Assembly: GCF_009914755.1 (NCBI RefSeq)
Contig: NC_060931.1
Length of the DNA: 64,000 nucleotides
Source: the human T2T-CHM13v2.0 reference genome, Homo sapiens
Direction: 5' to 3' (one strand)
Below the pieces are notes generated by a model. It was not told where the DNA came from. It saw only the letters and a program-made list of their open reading frames with translations, and did not search any database. Made by a program: the position numbers and the translations under genes. Below, piece by piece: positions 45,342 through 58,039 of the stretch; within the stretch, counting starts at the first letter, position 1, and each line of letters starts with the position of its first letter.

Positions 45342-45460
45342 GGCCAGGCATGGTGGCTCACGCCTGTGATCTCAGCACTTTGGGAGGCCAAGGCAAGTGG
45401 ATCACTTAAGCCCAGGAGTTCAAGCCCACCCATCTATTTAAAAAAAAAAAAAATTAAAAA
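45342..45460 (+). mobile_element. Alu left monomer (FLAM_C-like), internally deleted
   Basis: ggccaggcatggtggctcacgcctgt...gcccaggagttcaag then A tail. Confidence 0.8.
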
Positions 45461-45866
45461 AGATGAGAGAGTTAAAACTGTGAGGAAATCGCTTTATGGT
45501 TATTGAGGTGTTTTCTACCAATGTTTTCATCTGGTAGCATGGTCAAATCCCAGTGAGACTTGTCTGTTGAGCCTACTTACTTCTTTTCATAATATTTGTT
45601 AGTAAGAGCAGGCAAGTGCTTTTGGGGGCTCTAAGTGAGCCCCTGATAAGCAAGTTTTTGACTAATGCAGATCTGGCCTCTGTGGCATTACTGCCTTTGC
45701 CAGCAGAGGGGATTAGGCAAATTGGCAAAGGGTCTTGAGCCAGCAGGGTCTTGTGGGAGGTTTCACTGATGCCTGAGATGTTGGGCATTGGGTCCCAGAG
45801 GAAGGAGAGTTGGTGCAATCTTGGCAGCTGAGCTGTCTGTGGGCACCACAGGCTTGTCCATGTTGA

Positions 45867-46245
<379 letters not shown>

Positions 46246-46866
46246 TAATCACCTTTTAAAAATTCTAGCTATATCTAATGTGTTTTATTGAAGCATATGC
46301 TAAAATGCTGTATTTGTAAGGATTCTCAATGATACTGGGTAAATGACTTGTAGTTTCTGAGTGCTGTGGAGTAAAACAATAGAGAGATGTCAGATACTCC
46401 AGAGAAGAGGAAGGGTACCTTCAAGAGAGCATTTCCCTAACAGACTCAGTTAGCTTCATTTGCCTAACAAACAGACTCAGTTAGCTTTGGCCTTGAAGGT
46501 ATTTGCATGTTATAGGGCAGGGTTTCCTTTCATTGAATACTTTTTAAAAGTGCTTCTTTCTCATAGCTTATGTGTACTCCATTGAAAAAATGAGGGACAG
46601 AAGAGATAAAGTGCTCTAAATCTATTTAGCAGTCCTCAAGGGCATAACTACAGCCAGATGTTTAATGAACTTACTATGAATTGTCTTGCAGAGGTACAGA
46701 GTGACTTCTTAGGGGTAAACACTTTGCCTGTAACCTGAATTCATGCACAAACTTACCTCTATGACAGGATCCTGGCTGGAGGGGAGATTTGCATTTGGGA
46801 GCTGGGCAGGTCCAGGAGGATGCTCTGTTAATGGCTCCTCTGGATTAAGAAGGGGATCTGTCCTAA

Positions 46867-49109
46867 CGTTGTAGGACATTCTTCTTAGTTCAGGTAAAGA
46901 CAGGGTTCTTGTTACAAGACCATGAAATATTAGGCTCAAAGACACTTTGAAGAGTGAGAAAAATGGAATTTATTGGGTGAAAAGGAAAAAAAGGGGAAAC
47001 AGGGACCCTCAGCGGAGCAAGACTCCTGCTAGTCGGTTTCCCACCTTACAGATTGAATCCCAGGTTCCACCCTGGAACAGGAGGGGCCAGGCTCCTCGCC
47101 CCTGCAAAGGGCACTAAATTCTGTGGCCTCACCCCCCATTCTCCTAGTGTTCTGGGGACCCCTTTACACCTGGCTGTCTCATTCTCCGCTCTGAAGAAGT
47201 CCATCTGACTGCAGTTAGAAAGGATAAGGATGAAGACCCATCTTAGCCTCCTGCTGACAGGGGGCGCTGTTTTGGGGAAACGGCAGTCAGAGCTCCCTCA
47301 AAGACCGATCTGAGGATCCCCGGAAGAAGGGGCCATCAGCTGAGGCTCTGGTTGCGTGATCATTTGGAGTTTGATGGCCTGAAGTTGAGAAGAGACAAAC
47401 CAGGTTATTAGAAAACATGTATTAAAACGAAACAAGGTGGGGGGAGGGTAAGGACAGCTCAAAAATCCCGAGGCCTTTTAGTAGTTTGCACAGAGAGAGG
47501 GCGGCCAAAAGCCCGGCTGGTACAAAAACGTTACCCTTTTGCCAGCATGTTGGGCTTCTGGGTTTCCTCCCCACCGAGCCCAGTCCTAAGCCAACTAGTT
47601 TAAGGCTTGGGAAATTAACCTTTCCCAGTTTGGAGGATGCACCCGAGGGGAATGACCCATTAAACAGAGACACGATTACCTATCTGTGAAAAGAGGACAG
47701 GGGAGGAGAGAGGAAAAAAGAAGGCGTTTTTTAAAGGAGTCCCAGGGGTTCAGGATGCATTTGAAAGGGGTACAGACTGAAGATGAATGGCTACCCGTCT
47801 AGAAAGAGGAGAGCAGGAGTCCCTAGTTCCCTTCTTTGCTATCAGATACCTGAGGTTCGTGAGGGAGAGAAGGAAGAGCATCTTCCTTGCATCCCCGAGG
47901 CCTTGGTGACTTCGGCAGGCACCACCCACGGGTGCCAAAGCGGCTTTCACCTATGAAGCAGGGCGGCCTAAAGCATAAGAATTATTTGCTCTCACTTATG
48001 TTTCTATCCCCACTACTGTTAGTAGCCTTGGAGTTCCCCAGACCTCATTTATGCCATAGATAGTAGCACCACCCTTATTTATGAAACAAGAGGCTTGGCT
48101 TCATCAGCAGGAATTAGCCATGCTCACTTGTGCTCTGTTAACCTAGGTTACTGTTTGCCTTTGGATTTCTTAGCTCCAGTTTCCCCCGTCCCCCCTCCCC
48201 CGCGACCAGGGCTTTGACCCGAAGCTTGGAATTAAGTTTGGGACAAAAATGTGTTTCGGGGGGGTTGCATGGACTCCTTATAAGCCGAATGCTAAGGTGA
48301 AGCTGTGGAACTTAGTCCTTCTCCAACAAGGGATAGAAAAGGATGTCTTGTGACATGCCCAGGTAACTGGTGGCTACAGTAATGCTTGCTGAGATTTGGG
48401 TGCACGGTGCTTGGCTTTGGTTAGCTCCCTTGCTTTCATTTTCCCAAAAAGGAAACGTCCGAGTAATGGGCATCCTATTTATCCCCATCACCTGGCAGGA
48501 TTAGCAGGAGAATTGCTTAGAACTAGAATATCGATCCAGGTTTTTAAATGCCTCATCCCTTTTGTTCCTTCTGAGCTGCAGCTGGAGATTGCTGGTTGGT
48601 TTACAAGAACAAGCAGGTTAGTTTAAAAATGTAGGCAAAAACTTAAAAACTACTAATGAGTTTAGAATTTAATGACAAATGTATGATAAGTTTTGAAACA
48701 TAATTTCTCTCTTTCTCCAGTCCTCATTTTTGTTAAAAAAAAAAATATGATAGGACTAAGTTGTTTGCAAAATAGACTTTAGTTTTATACTGGGCCTGAT
48801 TATTTGCATAAAGTGCAGCAAGGATAACTATTTTTACCAAGGCCTCTTATTTTTTCTCAGATACTTTGAAGGGTGAGCAAAATTGAATTTATTGGGAAAA
48901 AAGGGGAAGCAGGGATTCTCCGCAGAGCGAGAGTCCTGCTAGCTGGCTTCCTGCCTCACAGATTGAATCCCAGGTTCCACCCTGGAACAGAAGAGGCCAG
49001 GCTCCCCACCACTGCAAAAGGACCAAACATCCTATGGTTCCACCCCGTGCTCCCACTGCGTAGACCGGTCGGAGTTTCTCCGGGGACCCCTTTCTACTTG
49101 GCTGTCTTA
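46867..49109 (-). mobile_element. Internally deleted ERV1 provirus (MER61-like LTRs; HUERS-P3/MER4-group internal)
   Basis: 3' LTR 46867-47181 (minus-strand start tgagacagccagg, preceded by a PPT-like agagcggagaa); internal 47182-~48850; truncated 5' LTR ~48856-49109; 4-bp TSD ctaa at 46863-46866 and 49110-49113. Confidence 0.85.
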
Positions 49110-49599
49110 CTAAGGAACATAACCAGTACTGATCCGTGGTGATTTCTGTTGTCATAAGATAATGTACTGTCTGGTTTCATTGAAATCTTGTTTATCATGT
49201 GTGTTCATCATGGGGCACCTAAATCAACACATTCCTGACCCCATAGGCAGTGCTGTCTGGGAGACCTTAACAAAGGATTTGCAGTCAGGTTGAGTTTCAT
49301 TTTGGGGAGTGTTTTCTGTTCTAGTACTTTCAGAAATTTTTGCTCACTGTATCCAGCAACACCGCCTCTGCTGCTTGCTAGCTCTTTGCTTCATTGTGCT
49401 CATACATCAAATAAGGATGGGGATGTCACCTTTGTCAGGGGTCTTGAGATAATAGATAATAGTTCTGGAAAGCACAACATGGATGTAATGTATTATTATT
49501 ATTAATGCACATGACTCAAAACTCTAACTTATAAGAGTAATGCAATTATGAAATGAGGTTACTAATATTGCTTGTTGTCCCATAATTCCTGTATTTCCA

Positions 49600-50250
49600 T
49601 TGAGCTTCTATTAAGTAGAAGGCATGGAATACTGAGCTAGAAACACAAATAACTGATGATGTAGAAAGCATTTTAAGAAACAAGTAGACAACTGTCCATG
49701 AGAGTGCAGATAAAAGCATAAGTTCCCGAGAAGGAGAATCAGGGAAGACCTGGAGGATGAAGCAACTTGGGGATGGGCCATGGGCATGGGGAAATGGGAT
49801 TCCAAACAGAGAAAATAACATAGAGTAAAAAACTGGAGGCAGGAACCCAGAGGGGCCCAGAGTACTGAGTGCAAATTAGACTGGGAAGAAAGATGGGAGC
49901 ACGGACTGGAGCCGTGGGATGTTTTTCCCTTTGCAGTGGGGAGGAGCCTGGCCTCTTCTGTTCCGGGGTGGAACCTGGGATTCAATCTGTGAGGCAGGAA
50001 GCCAGCTAGCAGGAGCTGCCAGATTATGGAATGTCTTACATGTCAAGCTAAGGAATGTGGAATTTCTAGCAGAAGCAATGGTAAGCAGAGTGTAGGATGA
50101 GGGAACCAGATGCAATAGACCAAATGAGGTGTTGAAGCCTTCAGGGCATTTCAGAAAAAATAGGAGGTGAGGGTGAGGCAAGAAAGACCCTGAAAGAAGA
50201 GACAGGACTTGGCCATTAGTGACATATGAGAAACAAAAGTGAGCTAGGGA
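49600..50250 (-). mobile_element. L2 fragment (host of the inverted LTR copy)
   Basis: gccagattatggaatgtcttacatgtcaagctaaggaatgtggaattt resembles the L2 body. Confidence 0.6.
49894..50014 (+). repeat. Inverted copy of 5' LTR segment 48934-49055
   Basis: Reverse complement matches 48934-49055 at about 111/122 positions by manual alignment. Confidence 0.92.
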
Positions 50251-51199
50251 GAGGAGGGTGGGGCAAGGGTCAGGTAGTTCATTAGGGCAGGAATGCCTTC
50301 CTGGGCCTTTGACACTGGCTTCTGAATGGACAACTTGGGAAAACATTGCCCTTTTATATTTCTTCCCAATTTTGAGTGATGCTATTTTCTACTTCTAATT
50401 GTGCTCAAAATAGCCAGAGATGCAGCGTAATACTTGGAGTCAACAAAATGATATGGTGGGTCAAATTTGTAAAGCTAAAAAAAAGTAGTGATTCAGTGTT
50501 CAGACTTGAAAAGTTTCCTTGTTTCAAAAAACACCAAAACATGAAATTCTGAATTAATGAAGCAGATAAATTAGCAGGTGATTATTTGAATAACAAAAGA
50601 AATATTTTCCAAAAGCCCCTTTTTTCAGGAATTCTTTAAGCAGCAAGTATGCCTAGTCTTCACCCCCATTTAAAATGTGATTTATTTGTAGGCATTTGAT
50701 GAAACACAGGAAAGGAATGAGCTTATCTCGTAAAACATGATATTCCTTAGAGCTACATGTTACCATGTGCAATATTTTTTAAATGTGTTTATTCTTATAT
50801 GTATGAAATAACCATAAGATGAAAATTCTCAGAAATTGAATGAGTATCTTTCCATTTTCTTTTAGTTAATTTTGAGAATTAAAGCTGTAATGTTTTATTA
50901 AACATATAAATGACAAGTTTAAAATTTGTCAATTGTTTTGAATACTGTCATTTGTATAGTCCCCTAATAAACACAGAGTCCAGAAAGTCCTTTGTCATTT
51001 TTTCTTAAAAAGCTTGTGATAAGAAAAGCTTTTATAATGTCAGCTCAGGAAACCCTAACAATAGCTTCCCTCATGCATCCTTAAATGAGGTAAATTTAAT
51101 TATTTTATGTTTTTCTAGCAGTTCCTACTTTCTTCTATAGAATGCTTTTAAAAATTACTCTTTGCCACCCAAAGTATTTGAAAGCAGGGCCTCAAACAG

Positions 51200-51201
<2 letters not shown>

Positions 51202-51246
<45 letters not shown>
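51202..51246. repeat. (AC)n microsatellite
   Basis: Perfect run. Confidence 0.98.
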
Positions 51247-51251
<5 letters not shown>

Positions 51252-51409
51252 TTGGATTCATCTGGAATCTAAGTGCAGCACCAGGTAGACTGCTTTGCCC
51301 TAAAAGAGGATCCCAGATGCTCCTGGCCTTTCTGTTGTGTCCTGAACGCTGGATGATCCAAGCCCACTCAGGATGCCTCTTATCCTTTTCTGAAGGGAGA
51401 ACCTGCTAC

Positions 51410-51640
51410 ATTGTAGAGAGTTGGAGATCTGGACTCCAGGCACTTGGGCTGAAGTCTTTGTTCATGCTCTTGCTTGGCTGGGCGACCTTAGCAAGTTTCT
51501 TAACATCTCTCTGCCTCATCTCATCTCATCTATGGCATATGAATTATACTACTCACCCTACGTAATCTTAAAAAATTGCACTAAAATGAGAGCACTCTTT
51601 GAGTTTTAACACATTGTACAGAAGGAAGTGCTTGTTATCA
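51410..51640 (+). mobile_element. MIR
   Basis: gctgggcgaccttagcaagtttcttaacatctctctgcctca. Confidence 0.7.
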
Positions 51641-52067
51641 TGGTGGTAGATTTCCTCCCCCTTTCTCTTCAAATAGGTCCATGTTTGAGTTTTTTGGTCT
51701 AGGAAAAAAATTTACAGAAATCCCGACTTAAACATATATTTCCACTATCTTCATCGAAGCCATCTGCAGCCCTAGCTAGACTGAAGCTGGCCACTTTGGG
51801 GATAGGAGGCAAAACACCATCCTGTCTACCTGTGGCACTGAAATTTGTGAGATGCACTTCCCCTTGAGGAACATGGGCAAAGCCAGAGGAGCCCTAAGGC
51901 AGGACCTAATGTCACAGGCTGGAGAACTCCAAGGGTAAGGACCCTCAGCCTTTTGCATTGACCCGTGGCTGTCTCTCTCTAACACAGTGATCTCTAGAGC
52001 TACAGTTTAGCGAGCGTGATTTTAAAAATTGTGGTCAAATATACATAACATAAATGTTATCATTTTA

Positions 52068-52210
52068 GCTGCCGCCACCGCTGCTGCTGCAGCTACTTCT
52101 GCTTCTTCTGCTGCTGCTTCTCCCTCTTCTTCCTCCTCCTCTTCTTCTTCCTCCTCTTCTTCCTTCTTCTCCTTCCTTCCTTCTTTCTTCGTATTTCTTC
52201 TTTCTTCTTC
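52068..52210. repeat. Compound trinucleotide repeat (GCC/GCT/TCT/TCC) forming the Alu tail
   Basis: gctgccgccaccgctgctgctgcagctacttctgcttcttct...tcctcctcctcttcttcttc. Confidence 0.9.
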
Positions 52211-52486
52211 CAGAGTCTCACTGTGTTGCCCAGCCTGGAGTGCAGTGATTTCAGTTTACTGCAGCTGCAAACTCCTGAGCTCAAGCGATCCTCCCACATC
52301 AGCCTCCTGAGTAGCTAGGAGTACAGGCATGTGCCATCACACCCAGCTAAATTTTAATTCTTTTTTTTTTTTTTTTTTTTTAAGAGATAGGGTCTCACTA
52401 TATTACCCAGGCTGGTCTCAAACTCTTGGGCTCAAGCGATCCTCTGAAAGTGCTGGGATTACAGATGTAAGCCACTGTGTCTAGCC
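52211..52486 (-). mobile_element. AluJ
   Basis: Antisense J-type Alu; TSD catttta(g/a)c encloses Alu plus repeat tail. Confidence 0.9.
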
Positions 52487-53636
52487 CCATTTTAACCATT
52501 TTTAAGTGTACAGTTTGATGTCCATTCACAGTGTTATGTGGCCATCACCACCATCCAGCTCCAGAGCCTTTTCATCTTCCCAAACTGAAACTCTGTACCG
52601 ATTAAACAATAACTCTCTATTCTCCTCCCCTCTCCAGAACCTGGCAGCCACCATTCTACTTTCTGTATTTGAACTGACTACTCCACATACCTCATATAAG
52701 TAGAATCATATGCTTTTCTTGCTTGGCTTATTTCATTTGGCATATGTCTTCAGAGTTTAGCATGTTGTAGCACAAGTCAGAATTTCATTCCTCTTTCAAG
52801 CTAAGTACTGTTCCATTATACACACGTATACACATGTGATTAAATAGTATTCAGCTTAGAGTGACAGATCCCGGTCCCGCCCATCTTCCAGGTCCATCTA
52901 GGTTCCAGGGGTCTGACTCAGTACCTCACATCAGGTGCAACAGGCTGTCTATGCCTTGCCATTGTGCGTTGATGCTGGCGTCTGTTTCCCTGTCCCCAGT
53001 CATTCATCCCCCTAGTCATTGCCGTGCTGGCCCACGTTCCCCACAGCAAGACAGCTTAAAGTCTGGCTCTCTCTAAGTTATTTTCATGATACGCTTGATG
53101 CATATGGATCATCCTTCTTTCCAGAAGGAAACTTGGCAGGCTGCATAAGCCTTATTCCCATTGATGCGCCGCCTTTGGGGCCTGCGGGAATCATTCACCT
53201 GTTCTTGTGATGTGCTGGGGCACTAGGACCCACCTGGGTTGTCTCAGTCATTGGCGCAGGCACACCAAGCAGACGTATCCACCCTGACACCTCCCTGTCC
53301 TCCCCGCCTCTACCAGCACAGGCAAGTGCCATGCCCCCTTCCCTCTTATTTCCCAGTTCCACCTGGGAGGTTATTATTCACTCCTCTCAGGATCTGCCTG
53401 GAGGTGGGTGGAGTTTAGGACCCTTCCGTAGGGACTCCCCAGTGTCTAATACCCTTCCACCACCTCCATCCATTCACTAGCTTCCCCCAGCCTATAGGAC
53501 TTTCTTCAGAGCCTTGGATCACTTAACACCTATCCTTCCAAATCATGCCAGGGCTCAAGACTTCGAAGCAGAAGATAATCCATTTCTTAGTTTTCTGCTT
53601 TGTGTTTCTTTCCTTCTTTCTGAAGTCATGAAAGCA

Positions 53637-53933
53637 GGCCGGGCATGGTGGCTCACGCTTGTAATCCCAGCACTTTGGAAGGCTGAGGCTGGCAGATCAC
53701 CTGAGGTCAGGAGTTTGAGGCCAGCCTGGCCAACGTGGTGAAACCCCATCTCTACTAAAAATGCAAACATTAGCCAGGTGTGGTGGCATGCGCCTGTAAT
53801 CTCAGCTACTCGAGAGGCTGAGGCACGAGAATGGCTTGAACCCAGGAGGCGGAGATTGCAGTGAGCCGAGATCGTGCCACTGCACTCCAGCCTGGGTGAC
53901 AGAGTGAGACATCATCTCAAGAAAAAAAAAAAA
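53637..53933 (+). mobile_element. AluSx/Sz
   Basis: Sense Alu with poly-A; short TSD aaagca. Confidence 0.94.
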
Positions 53934-55616
53934 GTAGCAAAAGCAGTGTCTTTGGCTGATTGAATAGGTCAGGGTCACTGGGTAGAGGGACAAAATGAAA
54001 AACACACAAAAAGCCACTGGAGTTAGTACTTAAAAATATCCTAATTCGAATGTTTCAACCCCACGGTTTAGTAGAAGTACAAGAAGTGTAGAGGACATAA
54101 ATTAGAGGCAGAACAGAGCCAACCCAATTTGCAGATTGCTGAAGCCTAATCCTTGGCATCCCCAGGAGATTTATATGGTGCGAGACGTAGCTGAGAGTTA
54201 AGAAACCAAAAATGACTGAAGGAGCAAATAAACATATTCAGAGAGGCTTAGCCAAATTGTAATTGTAGAGAGAGATGATACCTCATAACTAAACACCATG
54301 AAACAATGTAAAATGTAATCAAGTGAACCATAACTGTCCTAATGAATCTGCTTTGGAACTCTAGCATTTCATATTTTAGGATAAAATGGAGTATTCTTAT
54401 ATAACACTGTGTTAAATGGAACTATTTTAATCCAGGTTTTGCCTGGGTACCCAATACATTAAATGTGCCATTTAAGAATTTGGTCCAAGACCCCCTTTCA
54501 GGAGTACAAAGATTTGCACACGAACTGGTTTTGTGACTCTTAAGCCCTCGCCCATGTAGAATATTGGAGCAAACTGTGTGCTATGTTCTAAATCTCGCCC
54601 TCTCCAGAAAGGAAGATATAGGGGGAGGCCAGCCTCTTGCCCCAGGCCCAGAGAGAGAGGCTTCAGCTGGACCTCTTGAATGGTTTAAATAAGTGTCGTC
54701 TGCATTTTGGAGGACACAATAGACTGGGACCTGACTCACTCTGAAAAATCTAAAGGGCAGGTTGCTCTGAGATTGTGGCCTTAGGGGATGACTGAGTATC
54801 TAGAAATTGTCAGGGCGGAGGATACGTCTGTTTCCCGTGAACCAGATGTGAGCCAGGCCCCAAGGTCAGTTGGCATGGGTTCAACTTAGATCCTGTCCTG
54901 GAGAGCTACTTGGAGGGGAAAGTGACACTGAAGGGAGGGTGAGCCTCCAGATTTCCAGTGGCCAAGGAAGGAGCTCTAAACAGCCAGCGTTTGCCTGCAC
55001 AGAGGATACGACAGGCAGGCCAGGAAATTCCCAGTGATTGTTGCCGGGGAAAGGGGTGTTTTTCTGAGGACCCCATGAATCATTCCAGAGAAAGAAGAGT
55101 GTTTATAAGGTTTCAAAGAGGTATAAAAGATCCTTATCCAACAATGTTTTTTTAAAGCTCTTACTATGTCAGGCAACCCCATTACGTATGAATAAAAGAA
55201 ATGGCATGGAGAAAACATCCCTTTACCTGCTGTCCATATTCTACATGCTCTAAATCATAAAATATTCAGCACCCAACATTCTAACAGGGATAGTCTCTTC
55301 TATGATAAAGATCAGTTTTTTTTTTTAGTTTTGATACTTATCGTTATTTATTACAAAGCTTGTGATTTGGAAGAAAATTTGCATTTGTTAATTCTTAAGC
55401 ATGATAAAATGGAAAGTTGGGTCAATAGCTGGATAATTTTTAGAGACTAGTAATCAAAGCAATTGTAGAGTTAGCTATTTGATTGGCATTGCGCAGAATG
55501 AAAAGCCTGATAAAGTTTACTTGTGTAGAAAGCCACACTGGCTGCCCAGAAGCTAACTCTTTGGGCCCAAATTTTACTCTTCTGAAAAAGAATGTGCATC
55601 TATTTCATATGTAAAT

Positions 55617-55790
55617 CTTTCTTCCCTCTCCTCCCTTCTCCTCCCCTCCATCCTCCCGTTCCTTCCTCCTCGTCTTTCTCCTCCTCCTCCTCCTCGTCTT
55701 TCTCCTCCTCCTCCTCCTCCTTTTCCTTTCTCTCTTTCTCCCCTCTTTCTACCCCTCCAACCCCTTCCTCTTTCCCTCTCCTTTTCCCCA
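55617..55790. repeat. Polypyrimidine (CT/CCT) low-complexity tract
   Basis: ~170 bp nearly pure C/T, with a repeated cctcctcgtctttctcctcctcc unit. Confidence 0.92.
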
Positions 55791-57295
55791 TCCAAACTTA
55801 GACACATGCTTACTTGAATCTTTATTACTATATTAGATTTCTGTGTTTCATATCTAGAATGCTCACTTCTAGCTCTGCTGGAATGGTATAGCTAAAGGAG
55901 AAGCAGTGAAGATTGTGGGCCAAATGCACAATCGTTGTCAGACAAGTATCTCAGGATGTTCCCAATACCATAATTTTACTTTCTGTCCCGTCATAAGTTA
56001 GGGCCTATTTAGGATTTGTTATGGAAGCTGGTATGTGATTATTCATTGATTTACTCAATAGCGCACTGTGTAAGTCAATAAATCTTTGGTCCCTAAACTG
56101 GTGGTGTCTTAAGAAGCAGACTTGAAAGCATTCTATTGCCTTATCAGTTTCCTGGGAGGATATCTGAAGATTAAAAACTGCAGTCAAGGTAAGCATTTGC
56201 TAGGAAGTTAATTATTGGTATCTCTGAAAATGGAGGTACTGGCATCATGCAAAAGAAAGGAGGAACGCACTGATTGAGTTGCTTGTTTAATAAATAATAG
56301 AGGATTCACAAAGCAGCAAATGTAGAAGAGATGTGATGGGAAGGCAAAATTCCTTTGTGAGGTGTCACTTAAGAGAGTGCTGATTGGTCAGAAGATGAGT
56401 ATAAACTGAGAGGAGGGGCTGTGGCAGGAAAGGGGGACCCTGGGTGTTAAAGCCCAAGGCGATAGAGCACATGCTGAATGAACTGTTATATCCTTGCCCT
56501 GTGACACATTCATCCCCAGGAACAAATGTCCAGGGAATCTTGTGTCCAAGGTGATTTTTCAAGTGTATTGTTTATTATTTAAATGTAGCAAATCACTTAA
56601 TCCAGTGTAATCAGTATGTAAGAATTGCCGTGAACTCCCTCCTGTCCCAGTAGCTTTGTTAGCATCCTTGAGGGCTGACAGCAAACTTAATCAGGCCAGC
56701 TTGAGTGGAATGGCTTTGGGTGATTTGCATTCTGCAGAATTGCCAGATTCCTGTCCTCTAACACAATAATGAGTGTTTCCATCTAGTGGTGTGAAGCATG
56801 TGGAATAATTAGCTCTCAGCGTTAAAGATGTGACTAGTAACGTCCAAGCCTCCTTCCTCTTAAGAGTATGATTTTCTTATGGTGACATTTTCAAGAGGAC
56901 ATCCGTAATCTCTCATTTTGGGGACAGCAGGAAAGAGATGTGCCTGGATATATCCTATCAGTGTTCGCTGATTCGCCTTCAGCTAAATCATTTAACCAGA
57001 CCAAGGGAACTGAGATTTGAGAAGCTCAGTTGTCTGTAAATCTAATGGTTCCCAACTTACAATCACTTCAGATGTTTTGAGGGGTCTGCAGCCTCTTTTA
57101 TACATTTTTAAAAGCCTAATAAAAAAGCTAATGGAATAATTATCTATCAGTAACTACATAATAAGTTCAGTTTGTTTTGGAGATCAGATCTTTCAAATCA
57201 TCCAGTTTGAAGGGAAAGAATAAAAGGAGTCTATGAGTTACAAGGTTGGTGAGTATGATTAGTCAACATCAATTTACAAGTAATGGTATTCCTAC

Positions 57296-57871
57296 TGTGG
57301 TGAACCGAATAATGGTCCCTGCAAACATGTCTCTGTTCTAATGTCTGGACCCTGTGAATATGTTGTTACATGTCAAGTGGGAATTAAGATTTCAGATGAA
57401 GTAAGATTGCTAACCAGGTGACCTTGATTGAGATGGGCAAATTACCCTGGATTATCCGAGTGGGCCAAGTGTAATCACAAGAGCCCATTTAAGGCAAAGT
57501 AGAGTGTGAGGGTCAGAGAGTCATTGAAGGATGCTCTGCTGCTGGGTTTTGAAAAAGAGAGGAAGGGACCAGGAGTCAAGGAAGGTGGACAAAATAGATT
57601 CTTCCTTAGCGTCTCCACCCAGCTGTTGAATTTGCCTCCTGGGCACACAGGAAGTCTGCATGCCCAGCCCTTCACATCCAATTGGGGCCATGTGGAATGT
57701 GGCCCAGGTGATGTTGCTCAGAAAGAACCCAGCCCAGAAAACACCTTGATTTGAGCCTAATGAGACCTATTTTGAATTTTTGACTTCCATAATTCAAGAT
57801 ATTAAATTCTTGTTTTTTTAAGCCACTGAGTTTGTGCTAATCTATTAAAGCAGCAGTAGAAAACTAATGCA
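57296..57871 (+). mobile_element. MLT1D-like MaLR LTR carrying a foreign ~100-bp insertion
   Basis: tgtggtgaaccgaataatggtccc...ctggattatccgagtgggcc...tgtaatcacaag...ttttaagccactgagtttgtg...gaaaactaatgca. Confidence 0.88.
57614..57715 (+). repeat. Inverted copy of 58529-58630
   Basis: 92/102 identical to the reverse complement, no indels (manual alignment). Confidence 0.95.
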
Positions 57872-58039
57872 TTTAGCACTGCATCTTTCTGGATTTTTGG
57901 TCATTTTAAATAAATCAGCTAATAGTGTCTACTGGGTATCTCGGCATACAAATAACTGTGTCAAAGGAGTTGGAAAAGTATGGAGAATGTAGAATAAATC
58001 CAAACTCTAATTGTTGTCTACAAGCTCCTGCTTTTTCTC

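Larger units (their letters stand above)
52020..52830 (-). mobile_element. L1MB 3' end, interrupted by AluJ
   Basis: aattgtggtcaaatatacataacataaa...ccatttttaagtgtacagtt...cccaaactgaaactctgtacc. Confidence 0.85.
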
